64,000 nucleotides of DNA from a virus (taxonomy: Duplodnaviria > Caudoviricetes), in the IMG/VR virus record IMGVR_UViG_3300033757_000347; one strand, given 5' to 3'. The stretch's first letter is position 1; every line of letters begins with the position of its first letter. Made by a program: the position numbers and the translations under genes. Below are positions 21,885-32,464 of the stretch, piece after piece. A model generated the notes under the pieces. The model made no database searches and had not been told where the DNA came from. It worked only from the letters and a program-made list of their open reading frames with translations.

Positions 21885-22138
21885 TTTCCTATTACGTTAT
21901 GTAGATTTTTTACTAACAATTTTAGCCAAGGTTTGGCTCTAACGACAGTTCGCTCAGGATCGTCGAACTGAACTTTTTCTCCGTCCCATATTCCGTGAAG
22001 AGGCTCGATCTTTCTGACCTTCTTTCCGTTTACGTAAGCCGATTTAGCATCAAGGTATTCTACCAGATCTCCTGGTTCAATATTATCTGTTTGGGTTCCC
22101 GCAGGTCTTCCGTAATCGTCAAAATCTTTATAGCTCAT
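21881..22138 (-). CDS. Hypothetical protein
   Basis: Coupled ORF between polB and primase. Confidence 0.6.
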   Translation of the reverse strand: MSYKDFDDYGRPAGTQTDNIEPGDLVEYLDAKSAYVNGKKVRKIEPLHGIWDGEKVQFDDPERTVVRAKPWLKLLVKNLHNVIGK

Positions 22139-23741
22139 CTTTCATCTCTTCAAGTTCAGCCTCGTTAAAAACGGTTACTTTTTTGGCTAAAATCTTCATC
22201 ACTCGAGAATAGGCAGCTTTGGTTGAGATACCTGTGTTTGCTTCCTTGTTCTTAGCCTTTGATTTTACCCAATTATCATCACTCCAACTCTTTTCCCAAC
22301 CATTTTCTTGCAGTACTTTAGCCATTTCCTCGTACGGGATAGCGAATGGATCCTCTACTTCGATACCCTTTTTCTTTGCTATCCGTTCTCTGTACTTCTG
22401 AAGTTCAGGCTTCGGCACGATAACTGTCGACAATCCATACAGACTGATGACCGAGATAAACGTTGGAAACAGATCGGCTGGCACCTGAACTTCCGGATTT
22501 CCGACGAAATCCTGAACCGTTGCTGGAATCTCTTCGAATTCAAGAGTTTCTGAATTTACAACGTAAAGTGGGTACAGATCCTCGCGTTTTGGGTTCTTTG
22601 CTCTGCTGCGAGACCGTACCATCTCCACGTGGCGTGTCAGTTTTGAGTTGATTTCTGAGTAGCCCATTGCTAAGAGCAGCTTGTTGATCGGTTCGACGAT
22701 CAACCTGAAGAATTGCTGTTCTCTGTCTATTGGTATCGCAAAATCTGGAAACACGCCAGGGGCGTAAGCGAACACGTCAAATTCGTAATCGTTGGTGGTT
22801 GGATCGCAGTAGTAGAATTTGATCTTCGAACCTCCGCGAATCATCGCGTACTTTTGGTTCTCGGTCTTGGTGATGATGTGATTGTGGTAGGCGGCCGCTC
22901 TGCCGTAGATTGGCATTCCCGTTCCTATGACGAGAGGGTTCAAGCTCTTCACGTGTTCCTCGTAGACTCGAACGTTGAAGTTGAAAGCTATGCTGTCGAT
23001 CGACATCGTTTCCATCTCGTTCTTCATTTCCTGCATGACAGGAATGAGGTCCTTTTCCAGGTCAAGGTCGTAACCCTTTGCTAGAAGGATCCAGTAAATC
23101 TTCTTGAGGTTCTCTCTAGCCCAGATTGGGTAAGAGGACTGTATCGCTTCCAAACCTTTGATCATCAGGGTAGGTTTCGGAAGAATCTTTGAACCTTTTG
23201 TCGCTACTTCAAGAACGTACTTTTTCTTAGCGACTAAGATGCCTGCTCTAGAAACGTTTTCGAGTTCGAAAACCAAGCGGTTCTTAGTGTGGAAGTGATT
23301 TGCATACTTTTCAAAAGCAGCTTTAAAGTAATCGTCCAGTCGGTACTTGTTGATGGCTAAGCAAATTTCCAAAGCTTTCATGTCGTCCATCTCGATGCCT
23401 TGCACAGATTTGATTGCGTACTCAATGCAAAAGTACACAGAATCGGTGTCAGTGTAGATAGCCGCTTCGCTCTCGATCGGTTGTATCACGTGGCCAACGA
23501 TTCCAAGCTTCTCGTGAAGCTCGGTGTCAAGGTGCCACCTGTTTCGAAAGTAGTGGTTTATTGCTTTGATTGTGAATTTGATAAGGTCCTGACCCTGAAG
23601 GGTGATGGACTGCGCTATGTCGTTGTTGTGGAAGTAAAAATAACGATTGCCAAACGCTCCGTAAAACGAGTTAATGAGAATCTTTATAGCGTTCTGTTTT
23701 AAGTCTAACGACTTTATCTGTTGATCTAGTGTTGTTTCCAT
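22128..23741 (-). CDS. Family B DNA polymerase, C-terminal subunit (gp43B-like)
   Basis: Starts at motif B KILINSFYGAFG; YTDTDS; KKKY; no exonuclease or motif A. Confidence 0.85.
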   Translation of the reverse strand: METTLDQQIKSLDLKQNAIKILINSFYGAFGNRYFYFHNNDIAQSITLQGQDLIKFTIKAINHYFRNRWHLDTELHEKLGIVGHVIQPIESEAAIYTDTDSVYFCIEYAIKSVQGIEMDDMKALEICLAINKYRLDDYFKAAFEKYANHFHTKNRLVFELENVSRAGILVAKKKYVLEVATKGSKILPKPTLMIKGLEAIQSSYPIWARENLKKIYWILLAKGYDLDLEKDLIPVMQEMKNEMETMSIDSIAFNFNVRVYEEHVKSLNPLVIGTGMPIYGRAAAYHNHIITKTENQKYAMIRGGSKIKFYYCDPTTNDYEFDVFAYAPGVFPDFAIPIDREQQFFRLIVEPINKLLLAMGYSEINSKLTRHVEMVRSRSRAKNPKREDLYPLYVVNSETLEFEEIPATVQDFVGNPEVQVPADLFPTFISVISLYGLSTVIVPKPELQKYRERIAKKKGIEVEDPFAIPYEEMAKVLQENGWEKSWSDDNWVKSKAKNKEANTGISTKAAYSRVMKILAKKVTVFNEAELEEMKDEL

Positions 23742-23826
23742 GTTTTATTTTATCAGTCAATCACCAAAAAGTTTAGATAAGTCTAAATCTTTTTATGGTG
23801 CATTCATATAAATAAAATAAAAACAA

Positions 23827-25395
23827 ATGACTCTTAATTATTTTGTAAATTCTAAAACTGGAAGAGTTAATTCGCAACGAGTAAAGAGCAGATGGCTAGA
23901 AAAAAGATTGCCCGAGTTTCTAAAAATGCTAGAAAATACGTATCCGGAACAACTGAGAACAGTTGAACGGATTTACTTGTATTTTAATAATCTTAGTGAA
24001 AAACCTACTTGCAAACACTGTAGATCAAAAAATGTTAAATTTAAGGGTTTATTAAATGGTTATTTTGATTACTGTTCAACTGCCTGTTCGAATGCAAATG
24101 ATACGGTAAAAAAGAATAAAGAAAAATCAGTAATGCAAAAATACGGAGTTAGAAATCCTTTCCAAGCAGATGAAGTTAAGAAAAAAATATCACAAACTTG
24201 CGTTCTTAGATACAATACGAATAATTTTGCTAAAACTAATATTTTCTTAGAAAAAGCTAAGGCAACAAATAATAGTAGGTATGCCGCAAATTGGGTTTTA
24301 CAAAAAAGTAGTACAGTTAGGAATAAGATAAATGAACGAAATGCGATTAACTTTAAAGAATTAATAAAAGCGGATGGTTTACAACTGTTAGACTGGTCTA
24401 ACGAAAAGTTTGGAAATGTTAGACTAACTGGATCGTGCAATCACACGTTCGCATTAAATAAGTGGCAAGTATATCAAAGGTTAATGCAAAAAGTAACGGT
24501 GTGCCCAATTTGCAATCCGTTTAATTCAAACAGTGATACTAATATAGAGTTGATAATTAAAAAAATTCTGGAAAAAAATAATATTGAATACATATCCGGT
24601 GACCGAAACATTATAAAACCACAAGAGGTAGATATTTTTATTCCAGAAAATAACGTAGCCATTGAAATAAATGGAGTGTTTTGGCACTCTGATGTGTTTA
24701 AATCAAAGGATTATCATTTTTGCAAAACCGAATTATGCAGAACCAACGGAGTAAAATTATTGCACATTTGGGAAGATCAGATACTTAATCAATTTGACAT
24801 TATCGAATCTATTATTTTAAGTAAATTAGGAAAATTTAAAGCTCGAATTTACGCACGAAATTGCAAAGTATTAAAAATATCAGCGGCTGATGCTAAGTCG
24901 TTCTTAACCAAAAATCACTTACAAGGACATGTTCCAGCTAAGGTCTACGTTGGCCTATTTTATAAAAATGAATTGATCGCAGTCTCATCATTTGGCAAAT
25001 TACGAAAAGCGCTTGGATCAAACTCTGAAACAGATAGTTGGGAATTATATCGATTTGCTAGTAAACTAAATGTACAAATAATAGGTGGGGCTGGTAAAAT
25101 GATTAAATTTTTTAAACGGTTAGAACCAGTTGCCCGAGTTATTTCATTTGCCTCTGCTGATATTTCAGACGGGGCGGTTTACGAAAAAATTGGATTTTCC
25201 AAAATTAAAAGAACCGGTCCAAGTTATTGGTATATAGAGCCAAATACAAATAAACGGTTTCACAGATATTCATTTAGAAAAGACCAGTTAGTTAAAAATG
25301 GAGCAAACCCAAATTTGACAGAATTTGAAATAATGAATGACCTAAAATACTTAAGAATATGGGATTCTGGGCAATTTCTATTTGAATTAAAATGA
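23827..25395 (+). CDS. Hef-like homing endonuclease
   Basis: KYGVRNP repeat, EVDIFIP..AIEINGVFWH, LLHIWED, IYARNC, IWDSG; AT-rich. Confidence 0.8.
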   Translation: MTLNYFVNSKTGRVNSQRVKSRWLEKRLPEFLKMLENTYPEQLRTVERIYLYFNNLSEKPTCKHCRSKNVKFKGLLNGYFDYCSTACSNANDTVKKNKEKSVMQKYGVRNPFQADEVKKKISQTCVLRYNTNNFAKTNIFLEKAKATNNSRYAANWVLQKSSTVRNKINERNAINFKELIKADGLQLLDWSNEKFGNVRLTGSCNHTFALNKWQVYQRLMQKVTVCPICNPFNSNSDTNIELIIKKILEKNNIEYISGDRNIIKPQEVDIFIPENNVAIEINGVFWHSDVFKSKDYHFCKTELCRTNGVKLLHIWEDQILNQFDIIESIILSKLGKFKARIYARNCKVLKISAADAKSFLTKNHLQGHVPAKVYVGLFYKNELIAVSSFGKLRKALGSNSETDSWELYRFASKLNVQIIGGAGKMIKFFKRLEPVARVISFASADISDGAVYEKIGFSKIKRTGPSYWYIEPNTNKRFHRYSFRKDQLVKNGANPNLTEFEIMNDLKYLRIWDSGQFLFELK

Positions 25396-25462
25396 ATCGC
25401 TTTTAGGTTTTATAATTAAGTGCCGAAAACCCATAGGTCTTTAGCCTATGGGATGTAAGGCA

Positions 25463-25867
25463 CTAACCTTGTTGTTCAATATATTTCCTAATTGTTTCTG
25501 GACTTGCTTCTCCTATTGAGCAACAGAAATATCCATCACTCCATAATGTGCGTTCAGCCCAAAACTCTTTTCTCAACTTACTCTCAAAGAGTTTCCAAGC
25601 GAATATCGTACTCTCTTGCTTGAGTTTTCTAACAATAGATGTTACTGATATGTTCGGTGGATAGTTGATGAGAAAATGGATGTGGTCTTTGTCTGACTCC
25701 ATTATTTCAATATCAAAATCAGACTTTTCTGCGATACCCTTTAAAATACATTTGATAGTATCATTGAATTTGCCTACGAGCAACTTCTTTCTGTACTTAA
25801 TACAGAATATCAAATGACACTTCAAGTAATATTTGTGTCGGTTACTATGCTCATAATCACTCCTCAT
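25463..25867 (-). CDS. tnpA: IS200/IS605 Y1 (HUH) transposase
   Basis: [14 protein letters not shown] (HUH), [15 protein letters not shown]. Confidence 0.95.
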   Translation of the reverse strand: MRSDYEHSNRHKYYLKCHLIFCIKYRKKLLVGKFNDTIKCILKGIAEKSDFDIEIMESDKDHIHFLINYPPNISVTSIVRKLKQESTIFAWKLFESKLRKEFWAERTLWSDGYFCCSIGEASPETIRKYIEQQG

Positions 25868-25944
25868 ACTACAAAATTAACAAAAATATTTCACTTTTAC
25901 AAAACTTTTCTTGTTTTTGTAAATACTATATGTATATTTGCACT

Positions 25945-27150
25945 ATGATTAAGACGATAAATAGAACATACAGATTTAGGATATATCCAAATGCTTCCCA
26001 AATGGAATTGTTGGCGAAGCACTTCGGCTGTACTCGCTTTGTCTATAACTATTTCCTTAATCAAAGGCAAGAGCAATACAAAGAGGAAGGAGAGAGTGAT
26101 AACTACTATGCTCAGGCAAAGGCTCTAACTGAATTAAAGAAAAAAGAAGAAACCGCTTGGCTTAAAGAAGTAAACTCTCAAACACGTCAATTTGCTTTGC
26201 GTAATCTTGAAACTGTATACACTAATTTCTTCCAAAAGAGAGCGAAGTTCCCTAACTATCACTCAAAGAAAGGTAAGAATACATTTACCGTACCCCAATT
26301 TGCAACTATTGAAGATAGTAAATTGTGGCTACCTAAATTCAAGAGTGGTATAACTATCCGTCTGCATAGAGAAATCAAAGGTAAGATGGGTAAAGTTAGT
26401 CTAACTAAAACTCCAACAGGAAAGTATTTTGTATCAGTATTCACAATAGAGGAGTATCAAGAACTTGCACCTGCTAATAAAGCAGTTGGTGTAGATTTAG
26501 GTTTGAAAGACCTACTGATAACCTCTGATGGTGAAGTATTCAAGAATAATAGATACACAAAGAGATATGAGAAGAAACTTGCAGTAGCACAGAGACACCT
26601 ATCAAGAAAAAAGAAAGGTAGTAATGAGTACGAAAACCAAAGGCTCAAAGTTGCTAAACTCTATGAGAAGATTTCTAATTGCCGTATGGACTACTTGCAT
26701 AAGTGTTCTCACTCTCTAATCTCTAACTACGACACCATTTGTATTGAAGACCTTAATGTGAAAGGTATGGTACGAAACCATAAACTTGCTAAATCAATTA
26801 CTGATGCAAGTTGGGGTACATTCGTCACTATGCTAACATATAAGGCTAATTGGAATGGTAGGAATGTAGTTAAGATTGATAGGTTCTTCCCATCATCTCA
26901 AACTTGTAATGTTTGTGGCTATCGTAATAGCGAAATAAAAGACTTGAAAGTAAGAGAATGGGGTTGCCCATCTTGCGGTACACATCATAATAGAGATGTA
27001 AATGCTGCTATTAATATCCTAAAATTAGGATTAAATAATATATCGGCAGGGACTGCCGATTACACCGATGGAGAGGATAGAAGACCTAATCTTTTGAAAG
27101 GGCATTCCTCTGTGAAGTCGGAAGCCCACGAATCTTTAGTTCGTGGGTAG
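25945..27150 (+). CDS. tnpB: TnpB RNA-guided endonuclease
   Basis: RuvC GVDLG, IEDL, RDVNAA intact; Zn finger CNVC/CPSC; TATATTTG promoter box before ATG 25945. Confidence 0.95.
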   Translation: MIKTINRTYRFRIYPNASQMELLAKHFGCTRFVYNYFLNQRQEQYKEEGESDNYYAQAKALTELKKKEETAWLKEVNSQTRQFALRNLETVYTNFFQKRAKFPNYHSKKGKNTFTVPQFATIEDSKLWLPKFKSGITIRLHREIKGKMGKVSLTKTPTGKYFVSVFTIEEYQELAPANKAVGVDLGLKDLLITSDGEVFKNNRYTKRYEKKLAVAQRHLSRKKKGSNEYENQRLKVAKLYEKISNCRMDYLHKCSHSLISNYDTICIEDLNVKGMVRNHKLAKSITDASWGTFVTMLTYKANWNGRNVVKIDRFFPSSQTCNVCGYRNSEIKDLKVREWGCPSCGTHHNRDVNAAINILKLGLNNISAGTADYTDGEDRRPNLLKGHSSVKSEAHESLVRG

Positions 27151-27175
27151 TTCACAGCACTAAATAAATAAATAA
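27035..27175 (+). ncRNA. TnpB omega-RNA (reRNA) with flank-derived guide AGCACTAAATAAATA...
   Basis: Overlaps tnpB 3' end and RE; stems TCGGCAG/CTGCCGA, GAGGA/TCCTC, CCGA/TCGG; boundaries approximate. Confidence 0.7.
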
Positions 27176-27190
27176 AAGAAAAGTTCACCT

Positions 27191-27790
27191 GTGGTAAGTT
27201 CGATGAGCAAAAAAACGTACGTAGTCAAGAGGAAATACCCCTTCTTGGAAAACTTTCCATTTAAGGAATTCACTCTTGAACCTGGAGAAGCTCACAGAAT
27301 CGTAGCTGACGATGACGGAGGCGTTGCTATAGAAGACATTGAACCTACGTTGATGAAGTTCGTTTACGAAAAGGACAACAGTTCCATGACAGTCTTCATA
27401 TTCGACCGCGAACTTCGTTGGATGAACGAAATTTCTGAAAAGGTTCAGGACCTAAACTCAGCAGTTAAGACGATCGACAAAGCAATCGATTCGCCTGATT
27501 TACTGGCAAAAAGAAACGGTGCAAGTTACGCTGAAGCATGGTGCTCCCAGCTGCAAGATAACCGATCGAAACTTAGCTATTCAACCTCCGGCGGTATTCT
27601 AACGAGTTTGGTTGATGGACCCGATCAGTTGGTAACGGTGATCAACAAGATCATAAAATTGAACGCCGGAATAGGAATGGTTGGCCTGTCAACCAAAGAG
27701 TACCAGATAATCCTAACCTACTACCAGTTTCAACTCATTTACGCAAAATTACTATTGGGCATAATCATAGCCTCAAAAATATCCCTTTAA
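27191..27790 (+). CDS. Hypothetical protein
   Basis: 199-aa ORF after ATAAATA boxes. Confidence 0.65.
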   Translation: MVSSMSKKTYVVKRKYPFLENFPFKEFTLEPGEAHRIVADDDGGVAIEDIEPTLMKFVYEKDNSSMTVFIFDRELRWMNEISEKVQDLNSAVKTIDKAIDSPDLLAKRNGASYAEAWCSQLQDNRSKLSYSTSGGILTSLVDGPDQLVTVINKIIKLNAGIGMVGLSTKEYQIILTYYQFQLIYAKLLLGIIIASKISL

Positions 27791-28159
27791 ATGGAAGATT
27801 CTCAGATCGATTCCTTCTTAGCTTACGACGCGTTAGTTGAGGAAAGCTCGGAACAGTTCTCGCAGGACCAAGTAAAAAAATTGGAACTGATAAGGACTAA
27901 AGTTGGAGAGATCCTAAAGAAAACTCAGCCGCCCTTGCAACCAGCTAACTTTCAATCACCGATAGCTGTTTCTCAAGCATCTTCTGTGAAGATTGTTGAA
28001 AGCTTCGAACAGTTCGTCGAAGTGAACGAGATGATTAGAAAGCGCGGTAACAAGTGGGTTGTGCTGGACAAAAAAGGAAAAAAGGTTCTGGGGACTCACC
28101 CAACCAAAGAAAAAGCTCTAAGTCAACTGAGAGCGATCGAAATTAACAAGCACAAGTAA
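27791..28159 (+). CDS. Putative virion protein
   Basis: IVESFEQFVEVNE motif followed by basic domain IRKRGNKWVV...LGTHPTKEKALSQLRAIE. Confidence 0.65.
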   Translation: MEDSQIDSFLAYDALVEESSEQFSQDQVKKLELIRTKVGEILKKTQPPLQPANFQSPIAVSQASSVKIVESFEQFVEVNEMIRKRGNKWVVLDKKGKKVLGTHPTKEKALSQLRAIEINKHK

Positions 28160-28947
28160 TGGACCAGTACGTTCTATCCTTTTCAAATTTTGTCAACGAG
28201 AATCGGTACACAGGCGAACAGCCTTACCTTTTTCACGAGTACAAGGACAGGTTCGACGATTTTTCGTTCGAAGAAGATGTTGTGTTTCTAATCAAGCAGA
28301 TCGAAGAAAAGTGGATAGACCTGAAGCAAAAGTACAACTGGAACAGAGAGGGCCGAAATTCCAGAGGCGATCACTTTGCTTTAAACGTTAAGGTTTACAT
28401 CTTTCCTGACGAGAAAGAGATCAAAAAGCGGTTGAAAGTCCCAGAACTGTCAGACGAGGAAGCTGCCCGGGTGTGGTGGAAGTATTTACAGGACCAGGCG
28501 GAGGTGCTAGCAGATGGGATAGACTATGATTGGATAAAGGACGTCAGCTGGGGAGGAAAGAGCGGAGGTTGGCTTTTGCTTCACCCAGCAGTAGGTCCAG
28601 ACTCGGTGTTGGAAGGAATATACGAAGAGTGTGACAGTTACTTAGCTGAAAAAGAAGCCATCGAAGAAGAAGTGATGGCTGAGATAAAGGACAAGTACCA
28701 GGATCCGGATTTTAGCGAGCTGGTAGAAGTAGGTGCACTGAACGACCTTCCTGAAATATCTCAACTTCGAGAAAGAGCAACCGCCCTAGTTAATTACCTC
28801 ACCGAAACTTTAGGAGAAGCAGAAGCAATAGAAACTGACATATCCGCCATCCTGAAGCAGGTGGATCGTTTCAAAAAGGAAGGTCTTTCTTGGTTTTACG
28901 AGTACTTAGAGATGGAACCTGACGAGGCTTTGCAAGTTCTCTACTGA
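28159..28947 (+). CDS. Putative internal head protein
   Basis: YVLSFSNFVNE N-terminus. Confidence 0.65.
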   Translation: MDQYVLSFSNFVNENRYTGEQPYLFHEYKDRFDDFSFEEDVVFLIKQIEEKWIDLKQKYNWNREGRNSRGDHFALNVKVYIFPDEKEIKKRLKVPELSDEEAARVWWKYLQDQAEVLADGIDYDWIKDVSWGGKSGGWLLLHPAVGPDSVLEGIYEECDSYLAEKEAIEEEVMAEIKDKYQDPDFSELVEVGALNDLPEISQLRERATALVNYLTETLGEAEAIETDISAILKQVDRFKKEGLSWFYEYLEMEPDEALQVLY

Positions 28948-30554
28948 TCGACGAACTTAGTTAGGTCAAACTCGTGCTTCGAAACTTCAAATTCCTGCTC
29001 AAGGTAAATCTGTTCTCTTTTCTTTCCGTGCTTCACTATGTACCCGTCAAGGTCATCTACCAGGTCAAGGATCGTGATCTTGTGCTTTCCTAGCAACTTT
29101 CTCATTCCCCTGCCTATCGATTGTCGTACTGTGATTTCAGACTTGTAACTCTCCGCAAAGATTATGTAGTTGATGTTCTTCAAGTTTATACCTGTGGAAA
29201 AAGTTCCAAACGAAGCAACTAAAACAACACCAGCGTTAGATTCCATGATTGACCGATACTCTGACCTATCATCGTCCTTTACGCCACCGTCGATGTAGTA
29301 AACGTGCTCGTTCGTTTCTTTTATCTTGTCGTAAATTCTCTTTCCGTACTGGTCCTTTACGTTAGTAAAAAGGACCATCTTGTTTCCCTGTAACTTGCTA
29401 CACAGCTTAGCAATGAAGTTTATTCTGGGTTCGTACGAAACTATGAACGCTTTTTCTATCTCGTACTTTTCCTTTCCCGTAGCTCCGCCAGTTTCCTTAA
29501 GTTCGGCATATCCCTTGACGAATGGATCGTCTTCTGGGTACTTTAGCCTGACCATGTTCACCATGACGTCTACTGAGTAGTCGTTTTCCATGAGAAACTT
29601 TGCTTTGACGATCATGCTCAACGGTCCCAAGTACTCTTGGATCTTGAAAAAATCGGAGTACTGTTCCTCGATCTTAATCGTTCCAGACAAACCTAACTTG
29701 TACTCAGCGTTAGTGCTAGCTTTGAGAATATCGCGGATCGAATCTCCACGGCTCGTGTGAGCTTCGTCGATGCAGATGACGCTAAAGTTCTTGAAAAATT
29801 CAGGTTTAGTCTGCCTAACTATCGGGTTTCTAATCTTTCCGTTCTTATCCTTCTTCGGCTTTTTCGGCTTGCCGTCGTCCATTATCAAACTCTGGTACGT
29901 AGAAATGACTAACTCGCAGTCGTCGAATTTTTTCTGGGAAAACGAATTTGTGCCGCCGATTCGGTGAATGTTCCACGGAACCAGGCCAGTCTGGTATTCT
30001 TTCTCAAAAGCGTCAGCTGTCTGGTTGACCAGGGACGTTTTTGGGACCACCAGGAGTGCTTTTTTATCCTTGGTGATGATTCCTTTTCTCTTCAAAAAGG
30101 ATAGGTATATGAAGAAGATAAGAGTCTTACCCGCTGACGTTGCTAATTCCTGAGAGCAAAATTTGTACTTCAACCCTCTGTGAACTGCCTCTAACTGGTA
30201 AGCGTACGGTTCTATGTGAGGGTCGGTTCCGTCGAGAAGAACTGACGCAAACTTGTCGGACTTGTCCTTCGTGAAATCTAAGTTCAGAAGATCGTCCAAC
30301 CCCCTGATGTCTATCTCGTAATCGTAGCGTTCACCGAAATTGACGATCTCTCGCCAAAGTCCGACGCCTATTCGGTTCTGGCTGTCGATGAACTTGTCGT
30401 AACCGTCCCACAACTTTCTCTTGTAGAGCGGGTCGTGAAAGTAACCGGCTCTTCTTTTCTTAAAGTAGAGTTGAAGGTCCTTCAGTTCTCCCTTTCCCGC
30501 GTAATCCACGAGCTGAAGGTGCTGTTTATCGTCAGTCAGTTCAAATGATAGCAA
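28941..30554 (-). CDS. uvsW: UvsW-like SF2 DNA helicase
   Basis: ATSAGKT, IDEAH, GLSGT, TFSTGIN, QSIGRGMR. Confidence 0.9.
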   Translation of the reverse strand: MLSFELTDDKQHLQLVDYAGKGELKDLQLYFKKRRAGYFHDPLYKRKLWDGYDKFIDSQNRIGVGLWREIVNFGERYDYEIDIRGLDDLLNLDFTKDKSDKFASVLLDGTDPHIEPYAYQLEAVHRGLKYKFCSQELATSAGKTLIFFIYLSFLKRKGIITKDKKALLVVPKTSLVNQTADAFEKEYQTGLVPWNIHRIGGTNSFSQKKFDDCELVISTYQSLIMDDGKPKKPKKDKNGKIRNPIVRQTKPEFFKNFSVICIDEAHTSRGDSIRDILKASTNAEYKLGLSGTIKIEEQYSDFFKIQEYLGPLSMIVKAKFLMENDYSVDVMVNMVRLKYPEDDPFVKGYAELKETGGATGKEKYEIEKAFIVSYEPRINFIAKLCSKLQGNKMVLFTNVKDQYGKRIYDKIKETNEHVYYIDGGVKDDDRSEYRSIMESNAGVVLVASFGTFSTGINLKNINYIIFAESYKSEITVRQSIGRGMRKLLGKHKITILDLVDDLDGYIVKHGKKREQIYLEQEFEVSKHEFDLTKFVDQ

Positions 30555-30570
30555 AGTTTTGTGAGAAATT

Positions 30571-31008
30571 TTAGTTGCCGTCCAGCAACTTTTGAGCAGC
30601 GATCCTGTCCTTGATTCCGAAGATGACAGAATCGACCGTTTTTATGCACTCTGAGTAAAACTCGATCTGGTATTCAAGCTGTTCGAGCCGTTCCTTTAGG
30701 GCAGCAGTTTTAGCGTCAACGATCGTTACTTTCTCGCTTGGTTGGTACCGAGTTTGACCGATCTTGGAAGCATCAACCCATTCCTCGCCCTTCTTTTCTC
30801 GGTACTGCTTTTTGTACCGAGTAAAGTGTTCGAGAAGAGTGTGATTTTCTTCCAGGATTCTCTGCCTGAGGCTCAAGAAGGTTACCTGGACTTGAGGAAT
30901 GTTCTCAATCTTAATGAGAAGTTGAATCCCGTCCTTTATTTCCTTTGAAAAAAGCTCCCGTTTGTTACGAAAGTGCTCTTCCAGCGTTAGTTTATTTCCG
31001 TCTTCCAT
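30571..31008 (-). CDS. uvsY: UvsY-like recombination mediator
   Basis: Helical 145 aa immediately upstream of uvsW; IEFYSECIKTVDSVIFGIKDRI tail. Confidence 0.6.
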   Translation of the reverse strand: MEDGNKLTLEEHFRNKRELFSKEIKDGIQLLIKIENIPQVQVTFLSLRQRILEENHTLLEHFTRYKKQYREKKGEEWVDASKIGQTRYQPSEKVTIVDAKTAALKERLEQLEYQIEFYSECIKTVDSVIFGIKDRIAAQKLLDGN

Positions 31009-31040
31009 CTGTTTATTTTACGGAAAAAGCGCGATAAGTT

Positions 31041-31511
31041 TTACACCAAGAACGTGTAATAGGTGCTTTCTACTTGGTAATAGTCGCTCTGGAACTCGTT
31101 GATCTGCTGGCTTCCGTATATGGTGTTGCCGATCGGGTGGTGATCTCCGTTTCTGTAAAATACCGAAACGTTTCCATCGTACAGGCAAATTATAGAATCT
31201 AGCTTGTAGTGAGATAGCGAACCCTTTACGATCTCTTTGAACTCGTCAAGGGAAACGTCGGTTGCTTCGTTCGTCACAAAGATGCTAGGAAACACGAACC
31301 TAACTTTTCTTTCAGCAAGTGACATTGACGTGATGGTCTGCACCACGTAATTCAAACGGCCGAAAGAGTCCAAGTCGTTTAGAAACTCGTTGTACTGATC
31401 GGAACTCGTGAAATTGTAGATTGCGAAAGGCTTTTGAGCTTGAACGCAATCACGGATCAGGTGATACCTGTTCCCTGAATACTCTCTTGTGCGTCTTAGT
31501 GTCCTATCCAT
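31041..31511 (-). CDS. Hypothetical protein
   Basis: 156-aa ORF. Confidence 0.65.
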   Translation of the reverse strand: MDRTLRRTREYSGNRYHLIRDCVQAQKPFAIYNFTSSDQYNEFLNDLDSFGRLNYVVQTITSMSLAERKVRFVFPSIFVTNEATDVSLDEFKEIVKGSLSHYKLDSIICLYDGNVSVFYRNGDHHPIGNTIYGSQQINEFQSDYYQVESTYYTFLV

Positions 31512-31572
31512 CGATAATTTGGTATTGTATTACAGAACTATGCAGTTATTTATTAGTAAAAGATCTGCAAGT

Positions 31573-31932
31573 ATGAAAATTGAAAAATCTTACACAGTTC
31601 AGATATGGGTCGGCTTGAGGGCAGGGTACGGACACTACTACTTTAATCTCAATGACGTTCGACAGATCTGCGATGAGTTTGTAAACGAACTCGACGAAAA
31701 TGGGTTGGGAGATTGCGTGACAATCACTCCAACCGAGTACCGTTACGTTAAAGGTTGGGAACCTGGAGCGATAGTGGGTTTCGTAAACTACCCAAGGTTT
31801 CCGAGAAGTCCGGAAAAACTCACCGAAAAAGCGCTGGCTTTGGCTGAACGATTAAGAAAAGGACTGAAACAATTTAGGGTAACCGTTGTTACTCCGGATA
31901 ACACATACATGTTGGAAGATGAACAAGCCTAA
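31573..31932 (+). CDS. Hypothetical phage protein (NYPRFP motif)
   Basis: Likely start MKIEKS. Confidence 0.65.
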   Translation: MKIEKSYTVQIWVGLRAGYGHYYFNLNDVRQICDEFVNELDENGLGDCVTITPTEYRYVKGWEPGAIVGFVNYPRFPRSPEKLTEKALALAERLRKGLKQFRVTVVTPDNTYMLEDEQA

Positions 31933-32464
31933 GGAACACATCAACGTATTCGATTTCGATGAGACTCTCTACCGAGTTCCTGGATTTACCTGCGCCGAAG
32001 CAGTAGGAAAAAAACCCTACGAATGGTTCGACGATCCAAAGTCTCTCGAAAATCACGAAACCGTATTTCCGATTCTCAACACGATCGAAAAGACTTGGGG
32101 AGAGAACTCCAAGTACGAGAATTACCTCATCACTCACAGGGTTCTTGCGTGCAAGGAAGCAATCCTAAAGCTTCTCGATAAGAGCGCTTGCCTCTTTCAC
32201 AGGGTTTACTTTCTCGGAAGAGAGGAATCCAAAGCAATGAAGCTTCTCGAGATCTTGGACATGAACCCTCAAGCAAAATCCTTGACCATATACGAGGATT
32301 CCATGTGGGAAATCATACAGTACGCGCAAATTTTAGCAGACGAAGCACCGGAATTGGAGATCAATTTCGTTTTCGTTGATAAAAGTAAAGTAATAAAACT
32401 GAGCTTAGCCTCAGTCGTCCCGCTTTGCGATTACAAGGACGTTGAAAGAATCAGATTATTATGA
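31919..32464 (+). CDS. HAD-family phosphatase-like protein
   Basis: VFDFDETL, LITHR, IYEDS. Confidence 0.75.
   Translation: MNKPKEHINVFDFDETLYRVPGFTCAEAVGKKPYEWFDDPKSLENHETVFPILNTIEKTWGENSKYENYLITHRVLACKEAILKLLDKSACLFHRVYFLGREESKAMKLLEILDMNPQAKSLTIYEDSMWEIIQYAQILADEAPELEINFVFVDKSKVIKLSLASVVPLCDYKDVERIRLL

Larger units (their letters stand above)
25414..27155 (+). mobile_element. IS200/IS605-family element (divergent tnpA + tnpB)
   Basis: LE hairpin CCCATAGG-TCTTTAG-CCTATGGG, RE hairpin CCCACGAA-TCTTTAG-TTCGTGGG ending GGTAGTTCAC; TTTAT target motif immediately 5'; no TSD. Confidence 0.9.

Noticed and set aside
23742-25413. Group I intron or intein splitting the polymerase
   Set aside because: Endonuclease is on the opposite strand, no upstream pol exon in window, no intein C/S...HN termini
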